Shown here: one piece after another, positions 9,219 to 19,226 of the stretch
Numbering within the stretch: position 1 is the stretch's first letter
How the letters are laid out: every line of letters begins with the position of its first letter
Origin: an uncultured virus (IMG/VR IMGVR_UViG_3300031414_000017)
Taxonomy: Duplodnaviria; Heunggongvirae; Uroviricota; Caudoviricetes
DNA: 64,000 nt
IMG/VR virus record: IMGVR_UViG_3300031414_000017
Direction: 5' to 3' (one strand)
Program-made: the position numbers and the translations under genes
The notes under the pieces: generated by a model
The model's database searches: none
Told to the model about the DNA's origin: nothing
Seen by the model: the letters and a program-made list of their open reading frames with translations, nothing else

Positions 9219-9878
9219 ATGAAACAGCTATTTGAAATTGATGCTAATCAAATCCGTGAGATTGGTTACGATCGCGATAAACAACAACATTTCATTGACA
9301 CTGCGGTCATGCAGAACAACATGCCGGGAACGCACCGCTTAGTCATTAGTGAACTGGAATATATTGCACTGTGCGGTTGGATACAAATCTCAACGACTGT
9401 GGAACCCCACACAACCGTGCGTGGGTTTGATGTGGATTGGGTTATTCTCAAATCCGCTCGGATACGTACTAAGAATGGGGTTAATGACTCAACCCACATG
9501 CGAAGCGTCGTCACCGGGGTCTTTGTCCAACAAGATCGTTGGGAACGTATCGGGATCTGTCAAGATGGCCAAGAAGACCAGCTGTTTTGGGAAGCTCGCC
9601 ACGCTGGGTTTGGTTTCAATCGAGTTAGCGGACTGTTCGTTTACTACACACTGGAGCGCGTGCCAGCTTGCCCGCTGGTTGATACGGGTCATCTGCCAGC
9701 TATCGCAGAGACACTCATTAACATCGCTGAGTCACCGCTGTTCCCACGGGTGGACTACGAGCTGCAGTTACGTTGGCGTAACGGCCAGACCGGCATAGAC
9801 GCCGGCTACGCAACCGTTGCTCGTGTGGATAAGAATGCCATCCTCGGGATGGGTCGTTTACTGGGGGGTAAGAAATGA
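9219..9878 (+). CDS. Hypothetical protein, paralog group B
   Basis: 219 aa ORF, TAAGGAGTAAT RBS. Confidence 0.8.
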   Translation: MKQLFEIDANQIREIGYDRDKQQHFIDTAVMQNNMPGTHRLVISELEYIALCGWIQISTTVEPHTTVRGFDVDWVILKSARIRTKNGVNDSTHMRSVVTGVFVQQDRWERIGICQDGQEDQLFWEARHAGFGFNRVSGLFVYYTLERVPACPLVDTGHLPAIAETLINIAESPLFPRVDYELQLRWRNGQTGIDAGYATVARVDKNAILGMGRLLGGKK

Positions 9879-10522
9879 AAAAAGTAGCACTGCCATATAT
9901 CGACTCATTCGGTCGTAGTGAAGAACGCGGCAGTTATTGCATCTATCTTAAACCGAAGTATGCAGAAAAAGAGGACCGAGTCACTGGCACCATTCACCTC
10001 ATCAGCCGCGACCAAGCAGATGCACTCCACACTTTCTTAAAGGCCATGAACGACCCGGATATCATTGTTAAGTTCCCAGAGTGGCGTACTCTAACACTCG
10101 GTGAAATTCAGATATCGGCGTTCGGTGATGTCTGCCCGTCATGGGGTTTGATCAAAGAGCAGGACATCACGGTGGATAACTACCGTAAGTGGGCTGATGA
10201 AATCCTCCGTCGGTCGAATGAAGATAACTTCCCACGGGTTGTCAGCCTGCCCAGCGGAGGCTTTCTTTCCACCGAAGGAAAGTGGTCTCTTGTTCCTCGG
10301 GCAAATGATTTCGTACTTGCCTATCTACGTCAGGAGTTCTCGGATGCCACGCCGCCTAGCAACGTCGCAGCACTGGCTGGCAGACTGCGCAACATCTTTA
10401 AATCCGAGCTGGTAAAGAACGGTGCGCTCTATTTCGAAGGGGATGGGATTCACTGCGATCTGGGCGCGATTACCAACGCCGAGCTCCTCTACATCGCAGA
10501 AAGCTTAACCTCGCGTAAGTAG
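9875..10522 (+). CDS. Hypothetical protein, paralog group B
   Basis: 215 aa ORF, ATGA overlap with the previous gene. Confidence 0.75.
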   Translation: MKKVALPYIDSFGRSEERGSYCIYLKPKYAEKEDRVTGTIHLISRDQADALHTFLKAMNDPDIIVKFPEWRTLTLGEIQISAFGDVCPSWGLIKEQDITVDNYRKWADEILRRSNEDNFPRVVSLPSGGFLSTEGKWSLVPRANDFVLAYLRQEFSDATPPSNVAALAGRLRNIFKSELVKNGALYFEGDGIHCDLGAITNAELLYIAESLTSRK

Positions 10523-10526
10523 ATTT

Positions 10527-10565
10527 ACCCCCTAACCCTTGCGGTTAGGGGTTCTTCTCTTTTTT
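10527..10565 (+). terminator. Rho-independent terminator
   Basis: CCCCTAACC...GGTTAGGGG followed by a T-rich tail. Confidence 0.75.
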
Positions 10566-10586
10566 ACATCAGGCGCACACTGTATG
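10564..10586 (+). promoter_or_regulatory. Class II promoter-like motif (TTACA-N14-TATG)
   Basis: Same spacing at 36245, 38638, 42946 and 58072. Confidence 0.5.
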
Positions 10587-10610
10587 TGCGCTCACGTTGT
10601 AAAGAAAATG

Positions 10611-10630
10611 AGATAGATTTTATCTAGGTG
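10611..10630 (+). promoter_or_regulatory. Class I promoter-like motif
   Basis: AGATAGATTTTATCTAGGTG upstream of the operon carrying the RNAP subunit. Confidence 0.65.
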
Positions 10631-10660
10631 ATACTGTTGCATTATTTAACTGGATAGCCG

Positions 10661-11665
10661 ATGAATCGAATCGATTTAGACGTAGAGCCGACCGTCGTGC
10701 CTGCCCCTATCAACGTCGGGGGCTTAGTGAAGTCCATGACTGTCATTAACAACACCGGTTTGCCCATCTTCATGACTGACCCCACAGGCAGCCATGTGGT
10801 GATACATCCGAACCTTGATGTCATCTCAATGGATTCCATTGTGGTGTATGTCACGCATCGGGTGAGAAACGGGGGTGGTAACTTATCAGGCTTGCTTGAT
10901 GACGTACCGCCAAAGATTGCACAAATGATGGTTGAGGATTTCAAACGACGGGGCGAGTGTACAGTGATGTACACCATTGGTGAAATTGATGCGTTGCTGC
11001 GGGGTGAGTTGTTACTGGTAAAGAAGCTCGGTGTGGGGTTCTCTATCAAACCTGTGGATGTCGACAAGACACCAGTGCGAACATCAATGCGGAACAAGTC
11101 AAGTTTGGTGTTGGGGGTAGTGGTCGTTCAGAAGCACGGTGACCCGAGAATCATTCGGCACGTGCGTTACTACACCACTGTCATCGCCGTTGAACCTATG
11201 CGCTCACGCTTCTTTGAAGAGGGCGTGTATCTGACCATCTCAGGTGGGGAGTGTGTTGAGGAAGGCAGTATGTTGCGCTTTGGCTTTGATGAGGCTATCT
11301 CACCGTTCCGGTGTTTTGAGACTCGTGAAGAAGCTCGAGCATTCCGTTGGGAAGACACCCTGCCCGATATCCGTGATGCGAAACGTCAGTTGGAATCTCA
11401 GTTGCTTGAGAACCAATCGCAAATGGACGAACGTAAACAAGCCATGGAGCTTGAACACAAAAACCGCTTGAATGATCTCGCTATCGAAAAAGAGAGGGTG
11501 GCTGCGTACTATCGCGACCGAGAACTAGAAACCAAACAGAAACAAGAAGAGCGCAAAGACCATTACGAGAGTCGTTCCCTCGTTCGCAAGGACGGCTCCG
11601 AAACTTTGAAAATGATACCAGCATTCCTTGCCGCCGGGCTTACGGTAGTGGGGTTGCTACTATAG
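10661..11665 (+). CDS. Hypothetical protein with C-terminal coiled coil and membrane anchor
   Basis: 334 aa; E/K/R/Q-rich helical segment, then terminal IPAFLAAGLTVVGLLL; precedes the RNAP subunit gene. Confidence 0.75.
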   Translation: MNRIDLDVEPTVVPAPINVGGLVKSMTVINNTGLPIFMTDPTGSHVVIHPNLDVISMDSIVVYVTHRVRNGGGNLSGLLDDVPPKIAQMMVEDFKRRGECTVMYTIGEIDALLRGELLLVKKLGVGFSIKPVDVDKTPVRTSMRNKSSLVLGVVVVQKHGDPRIIRHVRYYTTVIAVEPMRSRFFEEGVYLTISGGECVEEGSMLRFGFDEAISPFRCFETREEARAFRWEDTLPDIRDAKRQLESQLLENQSQMDERKQAMELEHKNRLNDLAIEKERVAAYYRDRELETKQKQEERKDHYESRSLVRKDGSETLKMIPAFLAAGLTVVGLLL

Positions 11666-11676
11666 CGAGGTGACGC

Positions 11677-13446
11677 GTGTTTAAAGATGCCATACGACGA
11701 CTTCAGGAGGATAAGCGCATAGCGACGTTTAACCGTGCTGTTGCAGAAGGTGTAGGTTACACCCAAGCAAAGGACGGGATACACGAGCGTGTGAACACTA
11801 TTCTTCGACGGGAACTAACCTACGACCGGGATAACAACCCGCGTCTGCCAGAAGGGTTAGGTTATGTTGGCTATCGCTTTATGTCGCCTTTTGAATCATT
11901 CATCTTTAAAATCAGTCGACAAGACAGCCGTAGTGGCCGTGGTAAAGCACCGATTCCGATTGCTGAAACCGATACGTACATGATTGGCGCACGCTTCCGT
12001 ATTCCGGGAGAGAGCAAAGTCTTGACTCGTCCGATGTATCTGCCGTTTATCCGTCGCGGTGGGTTGATGAATTACTGGGGCACAAGCTACCATGTTGCAC
12101 CGGTTATCCACCAACCCGGGATCTGCCAAGAGCATAACGGTCTGTTTGTAAACTTCGACTTCACCCGCAAGGTGTCTCTGAAGTTCGGCAAGCACCCTGT
12201 GAAGATACTGGTGAATGGTCGCAAGGAAGAGTTGTACATTCCGGGCACATCGAACCTGTATACACCGAAGAATCCTACCGGTCACGATGCGGATGAAAAA
12301 CCGCTGGTGTACTGGCTGTTCGGTAAGTACGGTTTCACTGAAGCCATCAAACGTTATACCGGCGTGGATGTGAAAATCATCCCAGCTTATAAAGTGCCGG
12401 AAGTGGACTTAGAAGAGAACGTCATTATCTCTTCGGGTGCTGACCCGCGTGTGTCTCGTACGATTCAATACGCGCTGCAAGTGCCGGTGTCTGCTTTCCC
12501 GAACATGGATAAGCCACGTTGGGAGCAGGATGAACACACGTTGCTGGTGATGTGTGGGGCGTTCTTTAAAGCCGCGCATTATTACGCCAGTAAACAGAAC
12601 AGCCGCAGTGGCTTAAGCCAACTGACGCCGTTGTTCACAAAGCTCGATGAATTCTCGCAGGAAGAGGATCTGGCGAACTTGAACTCACCCGGTGTGTGGA
12701 AAGAAGTGCTGGGGCGCAGTATCATGGGAACCAAAACATCCGATGTGGAATTGCATCGCAGCATGGCGACACACTTCGGCGAGTGTCCGCGTTACTTAAG
12801 CGACACGTTCCGTGGTGAGTTGATGGTGTCAGACCCGGACATCGATCCGGATATGGATACCTTCGACTTCTTGATGTACGCCACCAAGCTCATGATTCGT
12901 ACGCGTCTGACGCGCCAAGATGACATCCCATCGATGTTTGGCAAACGTCTGACCGTTGTGGATTATCTGTTGCTTGGCACGCAGGGCTTTACCAGTACGG
13001 TATCCCGTATCCGTTGGAAGCTGGAAGGATTGGATGATAAGTCATCTGAGAGTTGCGGCACCACGGTGAAAGGACACCTGAACAAAGATATCAACCACAA
13101 TCTCGTTACGCGCAGTATCACCAGTAACGGAGCCATCAGTTTCTTCAACGCGTCAACCGAATCCATGGTACTGGCCGTGTCCACACACGCCATCAGCCAA
13201 ACAGAGACGGACAACAAGAAGAAGAAAGGTGGTAAGACAGTTAACCTTAATGACCGTACCAAACATGCGAGTGCTTCTCATGCGGTGTGTGGCAACATTT
13301 ACTACATTCCGAAGTCAAGCCCGTACAAGTACGGTATCCTTAACCAGTACATGCAGACCTCACGTAATCTCGTGATGGGCTACAATCCGAAACTTGAGCC
13401 TGTCGTTCGTGAGACGCAGGATGATATCTCGAAGATCGGTCGCTAA
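11677..13446 (+). CDS. Non-virion RNA polymerase beta-type subunit (phiKZ gp123-like)
   Basis: 589 aa; GLGYVGYRFMSPFE, MYLPFIRRGG, SMFGKRL and PKSSPYKYGILNQY resemble gp123-type subunits; position just downstream of the capsid gene. Confidence 0.8.
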   Translation: MFKDAIRRLQEDKRIATFNRAVAEGVGYTQAKDGIHERVNTILRRELTYDRDNNPRLPEGLGYVGYRFMSPFESFIFKISRQDSRSGRGKAPIPIAETDTYMIGARFRIPGESKVLTRPMYLPFIRRGGLMNYWGTSYHVAPVIHQPGICQEHNGLFVNFDFTRKVSLKFGKHPVKILVNGRKEELYIPGTSNLYTPKNPTGHDADEKPLVYWLFGKYGFTEAIKRYTGVDVKIIPAYKVPEVDLEENVIISSGADPRVSRTIQYALQVPVSAFPNMDKPRWEQDEHTLLVMCGAFFKAAHYYASKQNSRSGLSQLTPLFTKLDEFSQEEDLANLNSPGVWKEVLGRSIMGTKTSDVELHRSMATHFGECPRYLSDTFRGELMVSDPDIDPDMDTFDFLMYATKLMIRTRLTRQDDIPSMFGKRLTVVDYLLLGTQGFTSTVSRIRWKLEGLDDKSSESCGTTVKGHLNKDINHNLVTRSITSNGAISFFNASTESMVLAVSTHAISQTETDNKKKKGGKTVNLNDRTKHASASHAVCGNIYYIPKSSPYKYGILNQYMQTSRNLVMGYNPKLEPVVRETQDDISKIGR

Positions 13447-13478
13447 CAAAACCTAATTTAAACTGCAAGGAGTAACAG

Positions 13479-15098
13479 ATGTCGAACGTACCAATGGATA
13501 GAATTCAGGCCGTCCTGCGTGATGCAAAATCAAAGGATGCAGTCCTGGCGAAACTTTTGGGCGCAGCCGAGGCCAAAGGTTTACAGCTCAATGATGCTGC
13601 GCGTATTGCACAAGCAATCGCCTCTATCGCGCTGGGTAAAGGTGTGGATGAAGCGACCACAATCAACTCGTTGGTTGATGCGTTTAAGTCGGCGGTGTAT
13701 CAGGGTCTGGTTCAACGTAACGAACGTTTCCCGGATGCGAATCTGCACAACAGCTTGACCACGACGTTTAATAACGCGATCGCGTTGATCAAGCAATCTC
13801 AGGCTGCAAACAACGGTGGCCTGTTGGGCGGTGGTAATACCGGAACCAGCTTACTGAGCGCCCCGGGTGGTAGTGGCGGCGGTGTGAGTCTGGCACTGGG
13901 CGGTGGCGGCGGTGGAATCCCATTAACGGTTACCCCGTCTGCGGCACCGAACACCAACGCGGATGCAGGCCTGTCTGTACTGACCACGGGCGCAGTACCG
14001 GCTCCGGCACAAGCTGCTGCACCACAACCGTCTGGGCATGAACTGCTGGCAACAGCACAAACCGCCCCTTCTCCTCAGAACGGTGCACAGTTAGCCGTCC
14101 TGACCGGACAATCTGATAACCGTGAGTTAAACGACAGCGTCTTCAACGTGATGGATGAAAACATGGAAAACTACGCAGCGCATGAATTAGAAGTGAAGGT
14201 TGAGCAAGTATCGAAACCCGCTAAGCAGGCCAATGCGGATGTGAAGGTCTTCACCGACGGTGGTAGCTGGAGCAAAGAACTTGCTGAGATCACACAGAAT
14301 GATGCAGGCGCTGTGTATTTCCAAGATGCGGATATTCTGGTGCGTCTGGATGAAGATGTGCGGACTTACTACGTGGGCCATGAAGAAAGCGATCGCGATA
14401 TGATTCGCAGCTTCTTCGAAACTCACCGTAATGAGATGTCACGTCTGGCCAAAGCACAGACCACGGACGATATCGATAAGCTGATTGATCTTGTGCAGGG
14501 TGTGATTCAGAACCTGCGTAAGAACGTTATCGGGCTGCATCAGAAAATCAACGAAGGCAAATTCTCCACCGTCACCACGGCTGGCGAAGCGCGTCGTTTT
14601 GTTAACAGCTACCTGTACCTGATTGACATCCATGTGCACAACGCACTGTCTATCATGACGCAGGGTGGTACCAAACTGCCAAACGGACGTATCGTTTCGC
14701 TGGAACGCAAAGCAGAAGATCTCGAATACTTCACCACGAACGTATACGAATCAACGGTTGCGGATAACGGGACCAGCACGGAAGAAGATTGGTTCCGTGA
14801 GCTGCTGGAAATGGTAGCGCTGTCCCTCGGTAAACACGTTGTGCGTTGTGAAGGTGAAGGTACCGTACTGGTGCTGTCACACACGATCGCCTCTGTGGTT
14901 ATCCCGGGTCTGTATGGCGCGGTGGAAAAGGAACACACCATCGGTACGCACACACTGGCGTCAACGGCGGATGCAATCTCTGAGATTTACGAAGAGTTGT
15001 ATAAGCACAAGCCGGGTATGAATGTGGTGCTGGAAACCCCAACCTCACGTCACCTGCTGCTGAGCAGCGGCGGTGTGGGTGCGGCAATCCGTTACTAA
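13479..15098 (+). CDS. Hypothetical protein with a Gly/Ala/Pro-rich linker between two domains
   Basis: 539 aa ORF, AAGGAG RBS. Confidence 0.8.
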   Translation: MSNVPMDRIQAVLRDAKSKDAVLAKLLGAAEAKGLQLNDAARIAQAIASIALGKGVDEATTINSLVDAFKSAVYQGLVQRNERFPDANLHNSLTTTFNNAIALIKQSQAANNGGLLGGGNTGTSLLSAPGGSGGGVSLALGGGGGGIPLTVTPSAAPNTNADAGLSVLTTGAVPAPAQAAAPQPSGHELLATAQTAPSPQNGAQLAVLTGQSDNRELNDSVFNVMDENMENYAAHELEVKVEQVSKPAKQANADVKVFTDGGSWSKELAEITQNDAGAVYFQDADILVRLDEDVRTYYVGHEESDRDMIRSFFETHRNEMSRLAKAQTTDDIDKLIDLVQGVIQNLRKNVIGLHQKINEGKFSTVTTAGEARRFVNSYLYLIDIHVHNALSIMTQGGTKLPNGRIVSLERKAEDLEYFTTNVYESTVADNGTSTEEDWFRELLEMVALSLGKHVVRCEGEGTVLVLSHTIASVVIPGLYGAVEKEHTIGTHTLASTADAISEIYEELYKHKPGMNVVLETPTSRHLLLSSGGVGAAIRY

Positions 15099-15105
15099 GT
15101 TAAAC

Positions 15106-15137
15106 AGGGAGACTTCGGTCTCCCTTTTCTTTTATTT
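15106..15137 (+). terminator. Rho-independent terminator
   Basis: AGGGAGAC-TTCG-GTCTCCCT followed by a T-tract. Confidence 0.85.
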
Positions 15138-15157
15138 AATCGTAGGGAGTAATAAGC

Positions 15158-15583
15158 ATGAAAGATCAACTGGTAAGTTTTAATGAGCGCGGTGAACCAC
15201 GTATGATAGTTGACGGCGCAACTGTTCCGGCCAATGCAGAATTGCTGGCCAAGCTGCACATCGACACCGCTGGCGATGCTGAGAAAGCCGAGGAGTTCGT
15301 AAATGAACTCGTTGAAATGGGCAATATGTTGGATCGTGAAGCGGCCAATAAAATGGTAGAAGGTTACCGTGAAGCCGCCCGTCAACTGCCGCCGGGACGT
15401 ATGTTAATGGTGGATAGCTTAGGCAGCGTGATCAGCCATGAACAGGCAGCCGAGATCGCAGCAAAGGGTCAGTGGATCAAGCCTGCCAAGACACACAAGC
15501 AGAGACGCGCTGAGAAGGCCGCTAAGAAGCGCGCCGCTAAATACAAGCGTAGCCAAATCTACCGTGAAAGAGGCCTGCTGTGA
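15158..15583 (+). CDS. Hypothetical protein with a basic C-terminus
   Basis: 141 aa ORF, GGGAGTAAT RBS. Confidence 0.75.
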   Translation: MKDQLVSFNERGEPRMIVDGATVPANAELLAKLHIDTAGDAEKAEEFVNELVEMGNMLDREAANKMVEGYREAARQLPPGRMLMVDSLGSVISHEQAAEIAAKGQWIKPAKTHKQRRAEKAAKKRAAKYKRSQIYRERGLL

Positions 15584-15897
15584 GCCTCTCATCGCTGTTT
15601 GATTGGGCATACACGATAGCAGCCGCGATGGGTTGCGCGATGCTCATCTGGATTTTCCTCTCGGCCATTGGCCAGCTACTTTTCCTCTATTACAAAACCA
15701 GCATTGAGATCGGACGTGGGCGTAATCTCGCTGTCGCGGTTCGCAAAGAGTGGGTGCAGTTTCTCCATAAACGCCCGTGGGATTGCTGGGACGAATGGGA
15801 AGTGGTGGAGGACAAGTACAACAGTGACGCGGCCCAGACCTTTCGTAAAATGACAAACATGACCGGGATGAAGTGGCGTTCCGGTTTCTGGAAATAA
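15580..15897 (+). CDS. Hypothetical membrane protein
   Basis: 105 aa, N-terminal hydrophobic helix, GTGA overlap. Confidence 0.7.
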   Translation: MSLSSLFDWAYTIAAAMGCAMLIWIFLSAIGQLLFLYYKTSIEIGRGRNLAVAVRKEWVQFLHKRPWDCWDEWEVVEDKYNSDAAQTFRKMTNMTGMKWRSGFWK

Positions 15898-15913
15898 TAG
15901 CAAGGAGTAATTT

Positions 15914-16048
15914 GTGGACCCAGTAACGAAGTTCTTTTTGATTTTACTCTGTGTGTTGTTTGCCGCAGCGGGGCTGCTCTTTATCTGGCAGGAACTCGGC
16001 TGGATACGACGCTTGGATAAACTTGTGCACGGAGACAAAAAGAAATGA
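15914..16048 (+). CDS. Small single-TM peptide, 44 aa (not in ORF track)
   Basis: AAGGAGTAAT RBS, GTG start; MDPVTKFFLILLCVLFAAAGLLFIWQELGWIRRLDKLVHGDKKK; ATGA overlap with the next gene. Confidence 0.7.
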   Translation: MDPVTKFFLILLCVLFAAAGLLFIWQELGWIRRLDKLVHGDKKK

Positions 16049-16401
16049 AGCATTCACCCTGGCGTTGTAAGAAAAATGCCATCCGTCGGATAGATGCCCG
16101 CAACATTGCCAAACGTGCTGACCAGTGGCATCGGGATATGGATGCGTACATCGCATCGCAAACCCGCCGCATTGGCGCATCCACCGTGCGTCGTCGTGAT
16201 TCGGATACTATCGATATCAGCTTCACCATCGCTGACTTGGAGCCGCTTATGACCGAGCAATACGAACCTTACATTGCCACCGATTTACATATCGACATGG
16301 AAATTAGTGAAATGGAAATGCTTGTACGCGACACGACAATCAAAGCACGTGGTCTTACGCCTGATATGTTGGGTGTTCGTCCAGAAGGGCAAACAAAATA
16401 A
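16045..16401 (+). CDS. Hypothetical protein
   Basis: 118 aa ORF, GGAG RBS. Confidence 0.65.
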   Translation: MKHSPWRCKKNAIRRIDARNIAKRADQWHRDMDAYIASQTRRIGASTVRRRDSDTIDISFTIADLEPLMTEQYEPYIATDLHIDMEISEMEMLVRDTTIKARGLTPDMLGVRPEGQTK

Positions 16402-16450
16402 AGTAACCCACCCCGAGGGGTGGGTACTTGCCACTGCTTTCTTTTTTTTT
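16396..16450. terminator. Terminator between convergent genes
   Basis: ACCCACCCC-GA-GGGGTGGGT, A-rich on the left and T-run on the right. Confidence 0.7.
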
Positions 16451-16451
16451 G

Positions 16452-19214
16452 TTACGCCGGTTTCGTTGGGTCAGGCTGAGCATCCGGGTCTGGATTGCCG
16501 TCTGTTCCCGGGGTGATGTCACCGTTGTCATCTTCCCCGTCGTCGTCCGGGTTATCCCCATCAGCCGATTCGTCAGACTCATCACCCATGTCGAAGTCGT
16601 CTTCGTCTCCACCGCCATCAGAGAACATGTCGTCTCCACCGCCAGTGTCGTCACCCGACTCGTCATCCCCACCAAACTGCGAACTGCCGAAACCGCCGCC
16701 TGCGGCATCTGGGTCACCGGACTGTTTCGCCACGGTATCCAGCTTGCCTTTCACACGGGCAGCCAACTGCATCAGCATCTTGGTTGCAGACTGCTCTTCG
16801 TCCGAGATAGTCTTGATAACGTCCTGACGTTTATCGTCATCGTACACCAAGTCAAACATCTCATTCTCAATGCCCTGCTGACGCAACCACTGACGGGCGT
16901 AGAACGTTTTCACCATGTTCTTCACATCACCGGCATCCATTGCAATGCCTGCATTGTTCAGTGCGTTCACACGGTCGTCCGTTACCACCAAGTCAGCCAG
17001 TTTATCCCAGAACTCCATACGCTTATCAAACAGATCCATCTGCGAGGCCGCAGCCGATGTGTCCGGTGGTGGCAGACGCGTCTGCATGCCGTTGATAAAG
17101 GCGCGCATGTATTCACTGATACGTTGTACCAGCTCGGTGCCGGTCTTCTGCTCAGAATCGCTCAGGTAGTTTGCAATGATTTCAATCATCTTCGCTTGCA
17201 GGCGAGGAGAGGACTGAATACCGTTGGTCACGTAGCGGTTCAGCGGCTTTTCCAGAATCTCTTGCTTCTTCACAATCTGCTGGGTCACCAGAAGTGACTT
17301 CGAGTAAATCTGTGAAGCAAACTCAAGGTTCTCTGGCGTCAACACCAAGTCTGGGTCAACCCCTGCCAAGTGACAGGTACGACGCAGCAGCTCTTGGTCA
17401 AATTCCATGTCCGGGGCTTTATAGTCCGGCGTGGTATCAGAGACCGAGATTTTGTGTGACGAGTAGTGGTCGTTACCTTCGACGTTAAACGCAATGCCAG
17501 AGTTGGTCGCCATAGACCAGACATCCGACATGTTCCCCCACATCGGCATACGACGGTTGGTGCCGTTCAGGATATCGGACTTGATACGGTCAACCGCTTC
17601 TTTCCCGTTCATCGCATCCGGTGACAGGGTAATGTCGTACTGGAGGTGACGTGCCGAGTTCAGAACGGCGGCGTTCATACCCGCGAACAGCAAGGCCATA
17701 CGGATGGTCGAGATAACAAACGAACGTTCCGTGATAGAAACACCGATGCCGTTGTCATCAAAGTCGGTTGCGAAGTAACACAGGTTCTCAGCCGGGATAT
17801 ACACAACCTGCGTATAACGTTTTGCCAAGTGACGAGTTAACACCACACGACCGAACATTTCGGTGATACCGATATCGAGTTCTACGCCACCCAGAGCCGG
17901 TGACAGCGCTTCAGCCAACTGACCCTCAGCTAACTCACCAAAACGCGCGGTAAGGCGATTGGAGATGTCTGGTGTCACTAACTGACCGTTACCCATGCCC
18001 AAGTTCGCACGGTTAATGATAGAGTCGGTAGCACCGTCGTTGTTGAGGTAGTTCATGAAGCTTGCATCGCCGTACATGGACGACTTCTCGTTCACGAAGT
18101 TACCGAGTTCATCAATGATGGTCAGGTAGCCAATCGGGTTTGCGGTATCGCCTGCAATAATGACTGGGAGAGTAGAGGCTGCCGGTAACTCACGCTCGAT
18201 GAACTCAAGGTGGTTATTGTCCGCCATGCTGATACGCGGAATCTCGGCGTACATCTGCTGCTCAGGGGTTTTATTGTAGGTCTCGTTCAGGTCACCGAGG
18301 TTAAGCCAGTTTTTCTTTTGCTCGTTGGCATCCTTAAACTGATCCGCATCAAAACGGCCGTTCAGACCGCCCTTGACCTGTTCATATGCGGCCTCTTCTA
18401 ACTGACCGTACAAGCTGCTGCGGCTGTCTTCACGGGCCGCACGCTGGATAGTTTCGTGGGCCACAAGGATACGGCTGTTATCGGTTAAGCCGATATCAAT
18501 CGTGTTACGTGTCCCGGTGATATCCGTTTCTTTCAGGCCGAGTTCAGTAAACAGCGGCTTTAAGTCGATGCTGATTTTCTGTGGACCGTCTGGCACTTTA
18601 TGGCGGCGACTGAGGATACTCTCCAAGCCAACCTTCGCATCACCTTCCGGTTTCAGGCTGCCTAAATGCCCCTGCTGCTTTTCAAAGACTTCTTTGAACT
18701 TGTTGGTGACCTTGGTGGACTCGGTGCCCACTTTGGCATCGGTACCTTTCAGGTTGAACAGTTCATCAAAGCCGACATCGGAGATAAACAGCACCGGGGT
18801 GGCACCTTGGTCGCGGTTGGCATTGTACAACCACTTGTAGAGTTTCTTTGGCAGCTGACGTTCACGGTCGTTAAAGTCACGCACCACTTCAATCAAATCG
18901 GCACGCAAGTCCAGAGGAATGTCGGCGTCGTTGTCGTAAATGATGGTGGTGTTGATTAAGTCTTTTGTGGACAGCACAGAGGAGGTGGCGATGGTAACAA
19001 TCGTTTCCAACTCCGGTAACGCCTGAAAGATTTGTTTTGAGTTACGAACACTACGGAGACGTGACGACGCGAATCCCATGAGTTCTGCACGGGTAGGTGT
19101 TGTACCACCCTCTTCACGCTTGCCACGCTGCTGGCCTTGGCTAGGGCTCGTTGTTTTGCGCAGTAGCGCTTCAACGGCCGGGTCGCGTTCTACCAACTTC
19201 TTATTCTCGCTCAT
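16452..19214 (-). CDS. Portal protein (phiKZ gp129-like)
   Basis: About 920 aa; IFQALPELE, SSVLSTKDL, IGYLTIIDELGN and GIGVSITE resemble phiKZ-type portals; acidic Gly/Asp tail; start at MSENKK with GGAG RBS; divergent from the gp128-like gene. Confidence 0.8.
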   Translation of the reverse strand: MSENKKLVERDPAVEALLRKTTSPSQGQQRGKREEGGTTPTRAELMGFASSRLRSVRNSKQIFQALPELETIVTIATSSVLSTKDLINTTIIYDNDADIPLDLRADLIEVVRDFNDRERQLPKKLYKWLYNANRDQGATPVLFISDVGFDELFNLKGTDAKVGTESTKVTNKFKEVFEKQQGHLGSLKPEGDAKVGLESILSRRHKVPDGPQKISIDLKPLFTELGLKETDITGTRNTIDIGLTDNSRILVAHETIQRAAREDSRSSLYGQLEEAAYEQVKGGLNGRFDADQFKDANEQKKNWLNLGDLNETYNKTPEQQMYAEIPRISMADNNHLEFIERELPAASTLPVIIAGDTANPIGYLTIIDELGNFVNEKSSMYGDASFMNYLNNDGATDSIINRANLGMGNGQLVTPDISNRLTARFGELAEGQLAEALSPALGGVELDIGITEMFGRVVLTRHLAKRYTQVVYIPAENLCYFATDFDDNGIGVSITERSFVISTIRMALLFAGMNAAVLNSARHLQYDITLSPDAMNGKEAVDRIKSDILNGTNRRMPMWGNMSDVWSMATNSGIAFNVEGNDHYSSHKISVSDTTPDYKAPDMEFDQELLRRTCHLAGVDPDLVLTPENLEFASQIYSKSLLVTQQIVKKQEILEKPLNRYVTNGIQSSPRLQAKMIEIIANYLSDSEQKTGTELVQRISEYMRAFINGMQTRLPPPDTSAAASQMDLFDKRMEFWDKLADLVVTDDRVNALNNAGIAMDAGDVKNMVKTFYARQWLRQQGIENEMFDLVYDDDKRQDVIKTISDEEQSATKMLMQLAARVKGKLDTVAKQSGDPDAAGGGFGSSQFGGDDESGDDTGGGDDMFSDGGGDEDDFDMGDESDESADGDNPDDDGEDDNGDITPGTDGNPDPDAQPDPTKPA

Positions 19215-19226
19215 CGGGGTCTCCGG

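Noticed and set aside
13800..14100. GGC/GGT-rich stretch as a DNA repeat element
   Set aside because: It encodes the Gly/Ala/Pro linker of the 539 aa protein and has no fixed repeat unit.
16428..17297. 289 aa plus-strand ORF and nested Ser/Pro-rich ORF 16495-16827
   Set aside because: Antisense shadows of the portal's low-complexity acidic tail; no RBS and implausible composition.
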